From assembly GCF_018977255.1 (NCBI RefSeq), contig NW_024704743.1, forward strand, positions 14,572,001-14,636,000: 64,000 bases of DNA, in the 5' to 3' direction. Origin of the DNA: Callorhinchus milii. Its lineage: Eukaryota. Both the position numbers and the translations under genes were made by a program. A model generated the notes under the pieces. The model did no database searches and was not told the DNA's origin. It was given only the letters and a program-made list of their open reading frames with translations. Positions 12,781-25,960 of the stretch are shown here, one piece after another (positions within the stretch are counted from its first letter, which is position 1; every line of letters begins with the position of its first letter).

Positions 12781-15236
12781 CTGAAAAGAACAAAAAAATG
12801 TTTGAATATACAGTAAAATTAATTGCATACAAATTCATTCGAATTAAACTCTAGAAAATATGTGTATAGTATTTTGAAGATCAATATTAGAAGTTAGAAA
12901 TTGGGAATTGCTAAGAGAGTGTAATCGGGTAGCTGTAACAGTGCAGTGCTGGACTCCAATCCAGAAGCTGTACTGCTTCCAAACCCTGGCTTGGCTGTCA
13001 CCATTTAACCAACAGTCGAGGATTTTAACATAAGGAACAGTTTGTCTCTCAACAAGTAGGACTGAAAAGTACAGTGGGAGTGACAGCAGTTGTCATTATG
13101 TTCCCAGCCCAGACCATCCTGCTCTCTGGTCTGAAGTGACAAGCATAGCAGTGAACATCTGAAGGGAAATGTATTACATTTCAAAAGTGAGAATCATCAC
13201 GATGATCACGATATAAAAAGAAAATAAGCATTATGAAGAATTAACATTCATTTTAACATAATTCGATCTATTTTTGTCAGTATTTGAATAGTTTTGTTTA
13301 TTCGTTCTGTGTACAGACTCAGAAGGATTAATGCCCTCAACAAGGTGAAAGAGCTACATCAGTTGATAATGAAATATCCAGGTTAAGAATTCTCTTTCAT
13401 GTTAATTCAATCCCTTTGCAGATTTGGTCTTAATACTTTCTCTAATGATGAAATTATCAGAACTAATATAATTACTCCAAAATATTCAAAATCAAGTTGC
13501 AAAAGCTATAATTTTTTAAACTTGTTTTAAAAGGACGCTAATGGTGACATTTCCTCTTTAACAATAAATATTTTGTTGAACAAGTGAGAAATGCTGACCG
13601 CACAGACTAGAGCAGCTTCCAATGTCAAAACAGTTCAGGAGGTAAATTGCATTAATAAATGAACACATTTCAATTACCATTGAGCTTAATTTTGGTTCAA
13701 GACTCTGCAGCATCTTTAAACAGGAACAAGAGAGGTAATGCTCACATTCAGGTCAGTCGAGCCCACTTGGACAATGTGCGCTGAGGACAGGATTTAGCAT
13801 TATACACGCACATTGTCAGAAGTACTCAGAACTTATTACCACACGGAGCATCACCTTATAAAGTCTGTAACTTGTTACTTATACATTGAAATATCTGAAA
13901 ATTATTTAAACAAAATCCAAACCCAAAAATTATAGTGGAGAAAGATTTTTCAGGACCCATCAAAATAGCAGATAAGAGGGAGAAGGGAAAGAAACAACCA
14001 GCAAACAGAGTAGGAACCTTACCTCGGCAACATATAAGGTTGTGTATTAACTCATGTTTCAATTTAATGAATATAGAATTATTTAATAACCAAATTGGAA
14101 ATTATTTTCCAAAGCACTTAACAATTTGACTTCAATCGCAATATTGCTTCATTTGTACACCCATTTCACAAACCATGGTGTCTATAAAGTGACTTCAGCA
14201 AACAGGATTAATTATATTTCCTGATAGCACTTCATTTGCTGGTCTTTTTCTAGACTTCCGCCTTGCGTTTAACAAGCTACAAATTTCGCAATCCAATATT
14301 TGCAAAATTGAAATTGTATTTAATGCAACAAATCCGATTTGCGAATATTGTGTTTTAGCCTCCAGATGGCTGTGAAAGCTCTTGAAATCATATTCTTCTA
14401 AGTATGATTAGGCATATGGCTACATTTATTTGGTTACAGCCTTCAATTCCGTTTAAAGGTGGATGGCCACAATGGGTGTCTAATGTATGCTGAAAATAAA
14501 AACTTGGAAATAAATTGCTGTTATTAAGCAATTTCAGAACTTTAGATCCCCAAATAGATTTACATTCCTATAAGGAAATTTATGTTTAAGCTGCCCAATG
14601 TTCTTTAGCGCTTGTTTTCACAACTCATAAGTATGCAACTGCAAGCTTCAAAATAACGTACAGTGGATATAAGATTAATATAAGGTTAACTTAGAAGAAA
14701 CAGCTAAAATGTTATTGCATGAATACATTTAGAGTTTTCTTGACTATGCTAACAAAGCTGATTTGGCTCTTTAAGGGACCACTAAATCGTCTAATTTCTT
14801 CATTGTTTTTATGGGACTGGTTTATTTACTGAACAATTACATTTCTTTGTAATAGTTCCTGATATTGAAACCCATCAAATGTTGAATTATAAATGAGCTT
14901 TGAACATTGCTCAAAGCATTCTAATGTTGGGGTGGGGGTATTTTTATTGTGATTGTAACTAGTGACTTGCACAGTACAATATAAATGTTGTGCGGATACA
15001 CACTGATTTAAATTTTGCTGAAATTTCAATAGTAGATAACTGACTATCTTTTCATCACATTTACTGAACTGTTCTCTGTTATTTTTAGAATGGGAATGCA
15101 GATTTGAAGATTTAGAATATAATTACTAGGGCGTCATTGAGAACTTAATTTGTCATCTGTTTACTCTTAGGATATCATGAACCTTATTTCCTTTGACTTC
15201 GTGACACCAGCTAGTTATGACTTTAGCCTGTCTAGA

Positions 15237-15785
<549 letters not shown>

Positions 15786-15929
15786 TTAAAATCCCATCCA
15801 ATTGAATTATTTGAGGCTTCAGCAGGTTAATTAAAGTACACACATTACTGCCATCACACCAGATTCTAAATACAAAGGTTAACTGACTGAATGGATTAAA
15901 AATTAAATCGTTCTTGCTGGTAGATATTA

Positions 15930-16148
<219 letters not shown>

Positions 16149-16774
16149 TCAGAAATGTCTTTCTATACCTTCAACATATAAAACAATTTAGACACACTCT
16201 ATTGAAGATCAGAAGCCAACAAATGGGTGGGACACAGGCTGAAGCATTATTGGCAAAATCTAAATTTTGCAAGGATTACATTATCCTCCACAGTTTTTAA
16301 ATACAATCCTATCAAACTGGTATATCTATTTTAGCATTAAGTCCTAACCATTACGATGCGACAGAAATCATTGCTATTGCATTTCTTGTTTCAAGATTCA
16401 ATTAATCAATATACTTAATGACATTTGTCTGAGATAGAACCAATGGATTTTTTTAATTACATAGAATTTGTTCCATCAATGCAATGGGGAAAGCCCTTAC
16501 CAAAAATACAAGAATGGAAAAATAATTTAGGAAAGATCAACATCATACTATGCAGCTGAATGGCAAATTGTGGAGAGAAATTAAATGTTTTTTTTAAAGG
16601 GATTCACCAATAGTAACTCAGAATCTTTAAAAGGGAACCTGGTCAGTAAACAGCACAATGTTATGGCCGAATCACAGGCACAAGTGCCAGAAATGAGTTT
16701 ACAGGGTTGCTGTGAATCAACCATGACGTACCATCAGCTATCAACAGGATTCCGTTTAGTATTCGCGAAATGCC

Positions 16775-18530
16775 TGAAATTTTCAGTAAAGTGTGAAACC
16801 ATGAAATCGCTGAAATTAGGAATCAGGGATTTTGTGAATGAGTGATCATTTCATCATATTGATAACCTTGCCTTGACACTTGTTCCCAGCGCCTTGGGAC
16901 ATCCTCCCGACGTGAAAGACGCTATACAAATGTAATCTTGTTGTTGTTGTTAGCATTATCAACAAATAAATAACACATTATGAAAATCAATATTTTATTC
17001 ACCATCAACACAATGGTAACACCAAGGATGTTCCTGCGATCCTCTCTACCCCTGTCCGCTGGTGGGATGGGGACAGCCATATTGTCTCCAGGTATAGCAG
17101 CTTGGAGATCCAGTTGACTCCGCTTTGCCATCCTCTCTGCCTGGGATACTTGTGCCATTTGTGGAGCAGCTCTTCTCTTTCTGATCTGGGTCATGTGATC
17201 TTCCAGGGCCTGTGAAATAGTAGTCTGTACAGAAGGATCACTAGAAATCTCTATCATCGAGAACAAAGCTAAGATGTGCTGGGTCTGTGGCACTGGAGAC
17301 TGGGGAAACAGATGCACTATTAGTGGGTGTCTCGATGACCTCGATTGGACTGGGTTGTCCTGCAGAAGTGCCAGCTGACAAAGGGGTGGGTTCGGCAGTG
17401 TGTGTAGCCCCATCGCTGTCACTCAGTGGTGGGATCGAAGCTTCTGTGGCGGGGTTACTTGAGGTAGAGTAGTTGTCAGATGGTACTTCTTCTGGTGTAT
17501 TACCAGCAAGAACAGCCAGGAGATCAAGCTCACTTTCCAGTGTAGAAATCAGCTCTGTTGGCAGTGACGAAGATGTTAGGCCAACACAAGCCTCATTGAC
17601 AAACATAGCAACATATGGGGAGCAATTTATTCCTGAATGAATGGTGAGCAGAGTTCTATTGGAACTGCACAAATTTAATGCAGACTGTCCAATCCTGTGT
17701 GTTGTTATCTGATAGCCAGGCTACTAACATATCCTTGATGTCACTGTTAGCTCGATTAGCAGAACCTTGAGCTTGTGGGTGGCGAGGCTTGCCATGAACT
17801 AAAGTGAGGTTTGGCCACATCTGCTTTAGCTGAGTGGTGATTTGGGCTCTAAATTCGGAACCATTGTCACTCTGGAGAATGGCAGAAGCATCAAGGAGAA
17901 GGAAGATATCCATGAGCTGAAAGCCTACTTGTGCAGCACGCTTGGTTGTGAGAGGCTTCAGTACACAGAACCTGGTGAGATGGTCCTGGCACACCATAAT
18001 CCAATTGAAATTTGAGTGTGACATACACTGCATATCAATGAGAGTAACTTGAAATTTTGAGTAAAATTGTGAAACCATGAAATCACTGAAATTAGAAGTC
18101 AAGAGATTTTGTGAAAATGTAATCAATTCATCATATTGACACTTGTTAGCATTATCAAGAAATAAATAACACATTATGAAAATTAAGATTTTATTCACCA
18201 TAAACTTCATGTGACATTTCATTCACTGAAGAGTCAAATATTCATTTGTTGACACAAGTGAGGCTTCCACGACACCGGGAGTTACATTTTAGCTTTGCTT
18301 TGAAGCATTTACAACGGTTGTTCTTAACATTTCTTCTGACCACAGTTACACTTTGTCAAACCTTGTCCACCACAAACAGACTGCAATGACAGCTTCATCT
18401 GATTGACACTGGTCTCTGTTAACAATCGTTGTGGGTAGAGGTCAAATTGGTTCCTGGAATAGTGACCCCTCAGAATGTCGGCCTTCACTGCTGTCCTGCA
18501 CTGGGCAATGTCTAAATCTCTATCAATGAT
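16775..18530 (-). mobile_element. Dead Ginger2/KRBA2-SCAND3-like DDE integrase transposon relic, rearranged
   Basis: QVTLIDMQ...VCQDHLTRFCVLKPLTTKRA...ILQSDNGSEF...VHGKPRHPQAQGSANRAN...HSGINCSPYVAMF...GDNMAVPIPPADRGREDRRNILGV (18052-17011). Cys-rich C-terminus YSRNQF...GGQGLTKCNC...NRCKCFKAKLKCNSRCRGSLTCVNK* (18530-18242). Contains stops and frameshifts. Confidence 0.88.
16884..16950 (+). mobile_element. Short L2 3'-tail insertion nested in the integrase element's 3' repeat
   Basis: cccagcgccttgggacatcctcccgacgtgaaagacgctatacaaatgtaatcttgttgttgttg interrupts acttgt|tagc, which is contiguous in the sister copy near 18141. Confidence 0.85.
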
Positions 18531-18564
18531 CCGCTCCAAACCTGTCCACTCCTGGGATCTCTTT

Positions 18565-18757
18565 TTCACAAAATTGTGGAACTCGCTGGTTGAATCAGAT
18601 ACTGAATTTGAGAGGAAGCTAGACCTTCACATTAGAGAGAGAGGAATAGAAGGGTATGGGAGGGAGTAAGGGTGAAGACTCGGGTAGAGTATAAACATCG
18701 GCGTGGACTGCTTGGGCTGAGTGGCCTGTTTCCGTGATGTACATTCTTTGTAAGTCT
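18565..18757 (+). mobile_element. CR1-type 3' end fragment
   Basis: KLWNSL..FERKLDLHIRERGIEGYG followed by gggctgagtggcctgtttccgtgatgtacattct. Confidence 0.75.
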
Positions 18758-19563
18758 TTACAGTGGGTTTAATTTCCAAGCATCATAAAAGCACTTGTAT
18801 CTAGTGAATTCTGCGATACCCAGATGGATTGAAGAGAACTCTCTGGAACTCCACCTTGGTGTCAGGAGCTTCCTTTGGCACAAACCAGCTTCACAGACAT
18901 TGGGAACTGAAGTAGACGCCCGAGTGGAGTTCCAGCTGGCTGAAGAGGGTCCGCAAAGCAACCAGCAGGTCAGGTATGTGGAATAGGAGTGAGCCACAAA
19001 CACCACAATGAATAACTGAAGGAATCACTCTGTTACGATTTCTACTCCTAGTTTTTCCAGCAATGTTACCATATCATTTATGTAACAATAAAGTAATAAT
19101 TGCTGTGTGATAAGAAGGTCTAAACTGGATATTCGAAATGGAAGATAATAACTGAGTTGCAAATTAGTAACCGCTTCGGATAAGTAAAGTGCTAACACCG
19201 CTTCTGGTTAATAGATTGCACCAGGAATATATTACAGTGGTAGCTTGTGGAATGGTAGATCACATCACAGCAGATCTCCCATGCAAGTCCAATCTAGAGG
19301 TGGAATAAAGATCAGCAATGGAATTCGATAGTTGGCCCTAAAGCTGAATTTATCTTGCACTTTAACTGGGGAGTATAAACTGGGTGTGAAATATTGTTCA
19401 CTTCCATATTAATCAGTGATTTGATTGTATTATTTTCTTGCTCAGTGATTGCCCAATACGACAGATAGGGCAGCCTCCACGTTCATCGAAACACATTGGG
19501 CTTCACCTGTGTTAGGTGCCATCACCACTAGTTTCACAATGAATAACCTCAGCACGATATAGT

Positions 19564-19823
19564 GGAGTCCTGTAGCTCAGTGGTTAGAGCACTCGTTTTG
19601 CAAGCGAGAGACCTGGTTTCGACCCAGCAGGGTGAAACCTTGGGCAAGTTTCCTTACTCCACACGCCTAATAATTATCCCTCAAAAAAAACACAATAATA
19701 AATTGGTCATTTTCAATCCACGACTGTTTGTGGGACACTGCTGTGTCTGTGAAGCTCTTTCAGACATTGAGAAGACATGAAAAGCGCTATATCAAATGTA
19801 AGGATTATTATTATTATTATTAT
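19564..19823 (+). mobile_element. tRNA-Ala-derived Deu SINE with internal deletion
   Basis: Head ggagtcctgtagctcagtggttagagc; jumps from gacactgctgtg to tctgtgaagc; (TAT)n tail. Confidence 0.9.
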
Positions 19824-20026
19824 AGCATTTTCAGTAAAAATATAGCTATAATCTATGTCTTCCTGTAAGAGTTCTTGAGACCACAAAAAGGGCATTGAAC
19901 CACTCATAGCAATTCCTGGTCTAACAAGGCCTTTTACGGTCTCTGAGACCAGTTTGGATTTACAATGCTAAAGCTGTAAAGTTTACATTATTACTTTAAA
20001 GAAATCTGAAAGATAAGAAGTACTTA

Positions 20027-20227
<201 letters not shown>

Positions 20228-20969
20228 TCATCAGCTTGTTTGTGGAACTTATTCAAAGCTTTTAGCGGTTCAAAAGAAAATGTGAAATATAATTGAGTTC
20301 ACAGCTCTATATTTACTAAAGACGACTTTATGTTGAGGATAAGACACTAACAGAATTCCCATATGCTCTCTTTAGATGGAATCAGCGTTGCATTCCTCAT
20401 TTGCTGAAGTGTACAAAGTTCTTTGGTCACTCATTTGCTGGAACTTTAGCTGTATCACATTAGCACTCCTAATTCCTCAACTTCAAGAGGCTTAAGGCGA
20501 TTGTGTTTAATTGAGGATAGCAGATAATGATGAGGCACCTTCAATGATGCATTTTTAGCTTTTGTAAAATCACTTAAGAGTCATTTGAGATTTTAAATGG
20601 CCCCAAGGATTTCAATTTAGCATTAGAATTCAGAATTGTGATGCAAATTAAACCATTTAACAGTTGAACAGCATACTTTACCCAGTGGTCTCTGCATGTG
20701 CTTGCGAAGTCACACTTGCAGTGGTGCCAGGAATGTTTTGATCAGAATGCTGACCAATATGTCCAAAACGGTTTGTCCACCAAGCTATATTCAATAACTT
20801 ATCCAAATGTTTATTGGTAGGACTGTTACCTCAAAGTCAGGGTTTTTGGGCTCATTATGCAAATTGTCACTCCAGTGAGGCACTGCTGGTCATATTCCCC
20901 TTCAGATAAGATGTTAAACTGAGGTCCCATCTGCCTGTTCTGGTAGTTTAATTGTATATATTGAAGTCC

Positions 20970-21208
20970 GGCCTTCAGTATCTCTGCCCCAACCTTTTGG
21001 AACTCCATCCCAGTCCCTTTGTCTCTCTGCTTCCCTTGCCTCCTTCAAGGCCCATCTCAAGATCCTCCTCTTCAACTGCCCCTTCAGTCACCCTCATACC
21101 CCTATACTCCCTGCCCTCCACCCTTCTTGATCGCAACTCCCAGCTTGGATCCAAATCCCTGACTGTCTAGGGCCTTGGGACGTCCTGCCGACGTGAAAGG
21201 TGCTATAC
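20970..21208 (+). mobile_element. L2-type LINE 3' fragment
   Basis: gccttcag...ttttggaactccatccc...ccttgggacgtcctgccgacgtgaaaggtgctataca. Confidence 0.8.
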
Positions 21209-21540
21209 AGAGTTTTTGCAGGTTGATGGGAATTCTGTTGAGATTATTTATTAAGGAATCCATTTAAGAAATGCAAAGTAGACCCCATTCCTCCTTTAAC
21301 AAGATCTTCAAGACCTTAATAGTTTAACTTCAGCGACCCAAGGAAAATCTTGCCCCAAATTAAAAAACTACTTAAAAATTGCAACACTAAACACGTGGTT
21401 ATCTTCGTTAATAATGACCAGCTCCATTGTGGATAAGCAAACAGTGCAGCAAAACACTCTCTTTGTGCTTTTGAAACTTTCTCTCTATATGTATATATAT
21501 AGATCTAATATATATTTGTGTGTCTATGTCTATCTAGTAG

Positions 21541-21841
21541 GTCAGTGGTTAGAGCACTCGCCTCGCAAACGAGAGACCTGGGTTTGATTCCCGGGCAGGG
21601 CGAAACGTTGGGTAAGTTTCCTTATTCCACTCGTCTCGCTTTTCCTGGAGTAATAATTCCTTCAAAAAAATAATAAATTGGCCACGACTGTTTGTGGGAC
21701 ATTGCTGTGCGCAATTGGCTGCTGTGTTTCACCCACAAAATACACAGTCAATTCACCTTACAGTATATTGTGTGAAGCGCTTTGAGATGTCTTGAAAATG
21801 TGATAAAGCGCTATATCAAATGCAAGGGATTATTATTATTA
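21541..21841 (+). mobile_element. tRNA-Ala-derived Deu SINE
   Basis: A/B-box-like head tcagtggttagagc...gggtttgattccc, Deu core and tail. Confidence 0.9.
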
Positions 21842-21944
21842 TATCTTCCTCCATACTATGTAAAAGCAAAAAGTAAACTAAAAAGATTTCCCTTGGCTAA
21901 ATTTAAAAAATCCAGCTGTGTGCATGTAGCTGAAAATTCACTCA

Positions 21945-22125
21945 CTGAAGGTGGATAGAGGGAGACTTGAAGGAGGCCGGAGATGATGGAGCAGAGGTGA
22001 TGGGTGAGGTAATAGGACCACATGAGATCACAGAGATAAAGTGGGGCAAGGCCCTGAAGGCATTTCAAGATAAAGATGAGAATCTTAAAATGGATCCATT
22101 TCAGGAGCCACTAGAGCAGCGCAGC
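21945..22125 (-). mobile_element. Decayed L2 ORF2 fragment
   Basis: Minus-strand FKILIFILKCLQGLAPLYLCDL motif. Confidence 0.7.
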
Positions 22126-22271
22126 CTAACGACGGCCCGTGGGACTGTTCCAGTCCTCGAGACTGCCAAGAAGTGTTCCCCCAAACATTCGCACTAGTCT
22201 AGGTAAATCCATGTTTGATTGGTAGTGTGTTTTCAGGTTTTTCTTAATTGAATACTTCTTGATTAATAGCA

Positions 22272-22585
22272 TCCTGCAGCTCAGTGGTTAGAGCACTCGC
22301 TTTGCAAGCGAGAGACCTGAGTTCAATTCCAGGCAGAGGGCGAAACCTTGGGCAAGTTTCCTTACTTCACACGCCTAATAATAATCCCTCCAAAAAATAA
22401 AACAATAATAAATTGGTGATTTTCAATCCACGACTGTTTGTGGGACACTGCTGTGCGCAATTGGCTGCCACGTTTCACCCACAAATATACGGTCAATTCG
22501 CTTTACAGCATATTCTGTGAAGCGCTTTGAGACATCTAGAAGACGTGAAAAGCGCTATATCAAATGCAAGGATTATTATTATTAT
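22272..22585 (+). mobile_element. tRNA-Ala-derived Deu SINE, near full length
   Basis: Closely matches the copies at 23556 and 24118 along its whole length. Confidence 0.93.
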
Positions 22586-22878
22586 CAATCAAGAAATATT
22601 CAATCAAGAAAATGTATTTTGTTGGCCAACCGCAAAAGATTGGCCACCATTGCAACACATCCTGGCGAGAATAGGAGTGATTGGTTCGCAGAGATTTGGG
22701 GGAGAATGCAGGCTGTGGGTAATCTGGGTCTATGCAGAGTACAGCAGGAGACTGGCGTGCAGGGCATTGGAGAAGTTTGGAAATGACAAAAGCATGGACG
22801 ACTGAAGTAACAGACAAGTCTTTAAAAAGTTAGTAAAGTACCTTGTGTGTCAAAACAAGTAAAAATGTGAAAACTTAC

Positions 22879-22938
22879 TTATTATCACTGATAAAATCTA
22901 TTAGTTCCTGTTCCATTTTTAATAGCATCATTCTGTCC
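22879..22938 (-). CDS. ARPP21: ARPP21 coding exon 6 (60 nt), start of R3H domain: DRMMLLKMEQELIDFISDN
   Basis: attattttacag|G ... TAA|gtaagt; phase 2-2. Confidence 0.96.
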
Positions 22939-23283
22939 CTGTAAAATAATAAACATAGTCAATACTTTCTCCAGGTTGGTTTCAGTTAATCTCCCACTTA
23001 TAACAACCTTCTTTTCACACATTCTCCCTAACAAAGCAAATCAGCAAGCTATATATTCTTGGGTTGGTAGAACTGGGTCTTCGAAGAATGACTCTCGTTG
23101 GTTGTTCTTTGTCTTCCAATGCTTGCTGCCTTTCCCTAAACAGACTAAATTGAGGAACTCGCAACAAGCAGGACCCTGAAACATGGTGTTCTCTCAAAGC
23201 TATTTTGAATGAATCAAAATAATTATAAAACAACAAAATGTATTCAGTTGGTATAGTTCTGCCTTTAAACATGCATGTACCTA

Positions 23284-23433
<150 letters not shown>

Positions 23434-23555
23434 TTACATGCATATGTAAACAGAGCCGAAGGGTCATATCTCTATCTGAGTTCTAAAGCAGTATGAATGG
23501 ATTAGTTTGGGATCAGTTCTGAAATAGTTTACTTGGAAATATTTGTAGCTGTTCC

Positions 23556-23880
23556 AATAATAATAATAATAATAATAATCCTTGCATTTGATATAGCGCT
23601 TTTCACGTCGGGAGGACGTCCCAAAGCGTTTCACAGAATATACTGTAAAGTGAATTGACTGTATATTTGTGGGCGAACGCGGCAGCCAATTGCGCACAGC
23701 AATGTCCCACAAACAGTCGTGGATTGAAAATGACCAATTTATTATTGTTTTTGGTTTTGGAGGGAGTATTATTAGGCGTGTGGAGTAAGGAAACTTGCCC
23801 AAGGTTTCGCCCTGCCTGGAATTGAACTCAGGTCTCTCACTTGCAAAGCGAGTGCTCTAACCACTGAGCTACAGGACTCC
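23556..23880 (-). mobile_element. tRNA-Ala-derived Deu SINE, full length, young
   Basis: Near-exact reverse complement of 24118-24440; (TAT)8 tail; CpGs retained. Confidence 0.95.
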
Positions 23881-24117
23881 AATGGGGGAAGAAAGCATGC
23901 TTGAAGGGCAACAGAAACTATAAAACATAAGTGAATATCTGGAAGCTGCAGATTTATATATCTGTCTTGGAGATTATGAGATCTATGTATAGGTGTCTAA
24001 AGAGCGTTCTAACAAACATGTCTGCATGTAAATAGGAGTTCTTTTCAGAGAATTTTTTGAACATCACAGAGTAATGAGACCTCAGCTCAGAGCCTCATAA
24101 CTCCACCTGACGCACAT

Positions 24118-24440
24118 GGAGTCCTGTAGCTCAGTGGTTAGAGCACTCGCTTTGCAAGCGAGAGACCTGAGTTCAATTCCAGGCAGGTCAGGGCGAAACC
24201 TTGGGCAAGTTTCCTCACTCCACACGCCTAATAATAATCCCTCCAAAACCAAAAACAATAATAAATTGGTCATTTTCAATCTACGACTGTTTGTGGGACA
24301 TTGCTGTGCGCAATTGGCTGCCGCGTTCGCCCACAAATACACAGTCAATTCACTTTACAGTGTGTTCTGTGAAGCGCTTTGGGACGTCCTCCCGACATGA
24401 AAACCGCTATATCAAATGCAAGGATTATTATTATTTATTA
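24118..24440 (+). mobile_element. tRNA-Ala-derived Deu SINE, full length, young
   Basis: Head GGAGTCCTGTAGCTCAGTGGTTAGAGCACTCGC-TTTGCAA-GCGAG (TGC anticodon) with B-box GAGTTCAATTCC; Deu core ctgtttgtgggacattgctgtgcgcaattggctgccgcgtt; L2-like tail. Confidence 0.95.
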
Positions 24441-24989
24441 TGGGAATTCCTGGTCGAGTGCTTTTCTCAACAGCCATGCAGCCATTTTTAGACATCACAA
24501 ACAATTTTTTTCTTACACATTTATACATTACTTAAATTATTATTATGTTACTTCAACTTACGAGGCTGGCTTTCTTAACATTAAGAGAATTCAGGTAAGT
24601 AGTGTGTAATGCAGTAATCTGGCCACAAAATAGTTAATACTTTTCAGATTGGCCCATCTCAGAGTCCCAAATTGCAAATGTACATTACACATAGTTTTCA
24701 GAAATATTGCAGTACACAAAGCCACTTGTAGCATTTAGGTTTTATATAGAGATTCCATTATTCAAGCACATCTACACAGAGCCCAACTTGGCTTGCCTAT
24801 GTAGCTTTCTTTGTCTCATTGATAGATGTTTACCTAGATGTCTACCTTTATCTACCAAAACAAAATTTGTGAAGCAACCTTAGAAGGATTAGCTGTTTTA
24901 ATGAGTTTCAACTAGGTAAGGAATGTGACAGCTATTTAAATTTTGGGATAAGCATTTCCACATTAGAATATAAAACCAACGGTAGAAAT

Positions 24990-25490
24990 CAAGATGGTAG
25001 AGGGATTGCTGAGGAAATTTACTAGGATGGTACCAAGGATTGAGTGGTTTGGCCTATGAGCAGAGACTGGAGGAAGTGGTATTTTTTTCATTGAAACAAA
25101 GAAGGTTAAAGGATGACCTGAGAGGTATTTAAAATGATGAGGTGTTTTGCTAGTCAATAGAGAGAAATTATTTCCACTGGTCGGTGAATCAGTGACTAGA
25201 GGGCATCAATTTAAAATAGTTATCAAATGGGAAAATGGGGAGACAAGGAGAAATGTTTTCACACACAAGGTAATTAGGATATCGAATGCCCCGCTGGGAC
25301 TGGTGATTGAGGCAGAATCCATATTACCTTTCAAAAGGGAACTAGGTAAATACCTCGAAAGGAGTATGGAGAAAGGGCAAGTAAGGACTGGGAGTGGAAC
25401 TGAAACTGAAAGGATTGTTCTTAAAAGAGCTGGTTGGCACAGACACAGTGGGATGAATGGCCTTCTTCTGTGCTGTAAACCTCTGTGTAA
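24990..25490 (+). mobile_element. Old CR1 3' fragment
   Basis: REKLFPLVGESVTRGHQFKI...RRNVFTHKVIRISNA...FKRELGKYL plus gaatggccttcttctgtgctgtaaacctctgtg. Confidence 0.85.
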
Positions 25491-25629
25491 AGAAATGGTA
25501 ACTTTTCAGTGGAAGGAGAGAAGGGAATAAAACAAAGTCACCGGACCTCCTACTAGATGATTTCAAAGAATGTGCTCGCCAACTGTTAATAATGTGTGGC
25601 TGAGTGAGATCCAAAAGAAGGTAAGAAAT

Positions 25630-25960
25630 TGCAAAATGCCGAGTTTGATCTGAGTTAGTTGAGCTCAGCCAGAAAACCAGCAGCACGGATGCTACAATTG
25701 GCCTCAGTGCCCAGTGTTAGGGAAATGGAAAAAACATGCTAGGATTCCTGATTGCTGTCCAGCTCTCTTTGATGGAGGTGCATACATTTGGACATATTGC
25801 AAGGGTAAGAATGAAGGCAGCTGCATTGCCCTCCAAGTCTTAATTGGCTGTCACGGTCAATGTTTACACATGAATAATGGGCAGCCTAACATAGTCCTTG
25901 AGTGCAACTAGCGCATGTAGAACTGTAGAAGGTATAACAATCACATGCCTTGAGTAAAGG
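25630..25960 (+). repeat. Probable old interspersed repeat (SINE-like)
   Basis: ctgagttagttgagctcagc...gctacaattggcctcagtgccc resembles a repeat I recall from shark genomes; family not identified. Confidence 0.4.

Noticed and set aside
24118..24190. tRNA-Ala(TGC)-like sequence (also at 19564, 22272 and 23810-23880)
   Set aside because: These are SINE heads continuous with the Deu core and tail, and they lack a proper acceptor stem; not tRNA genes.
23464..24491. Repeated ORFs MGKFP...RYIKCKDYYY and MESCSSVVRAL...
   Set aside because: Chance translations of SINE copies, not a gene family.
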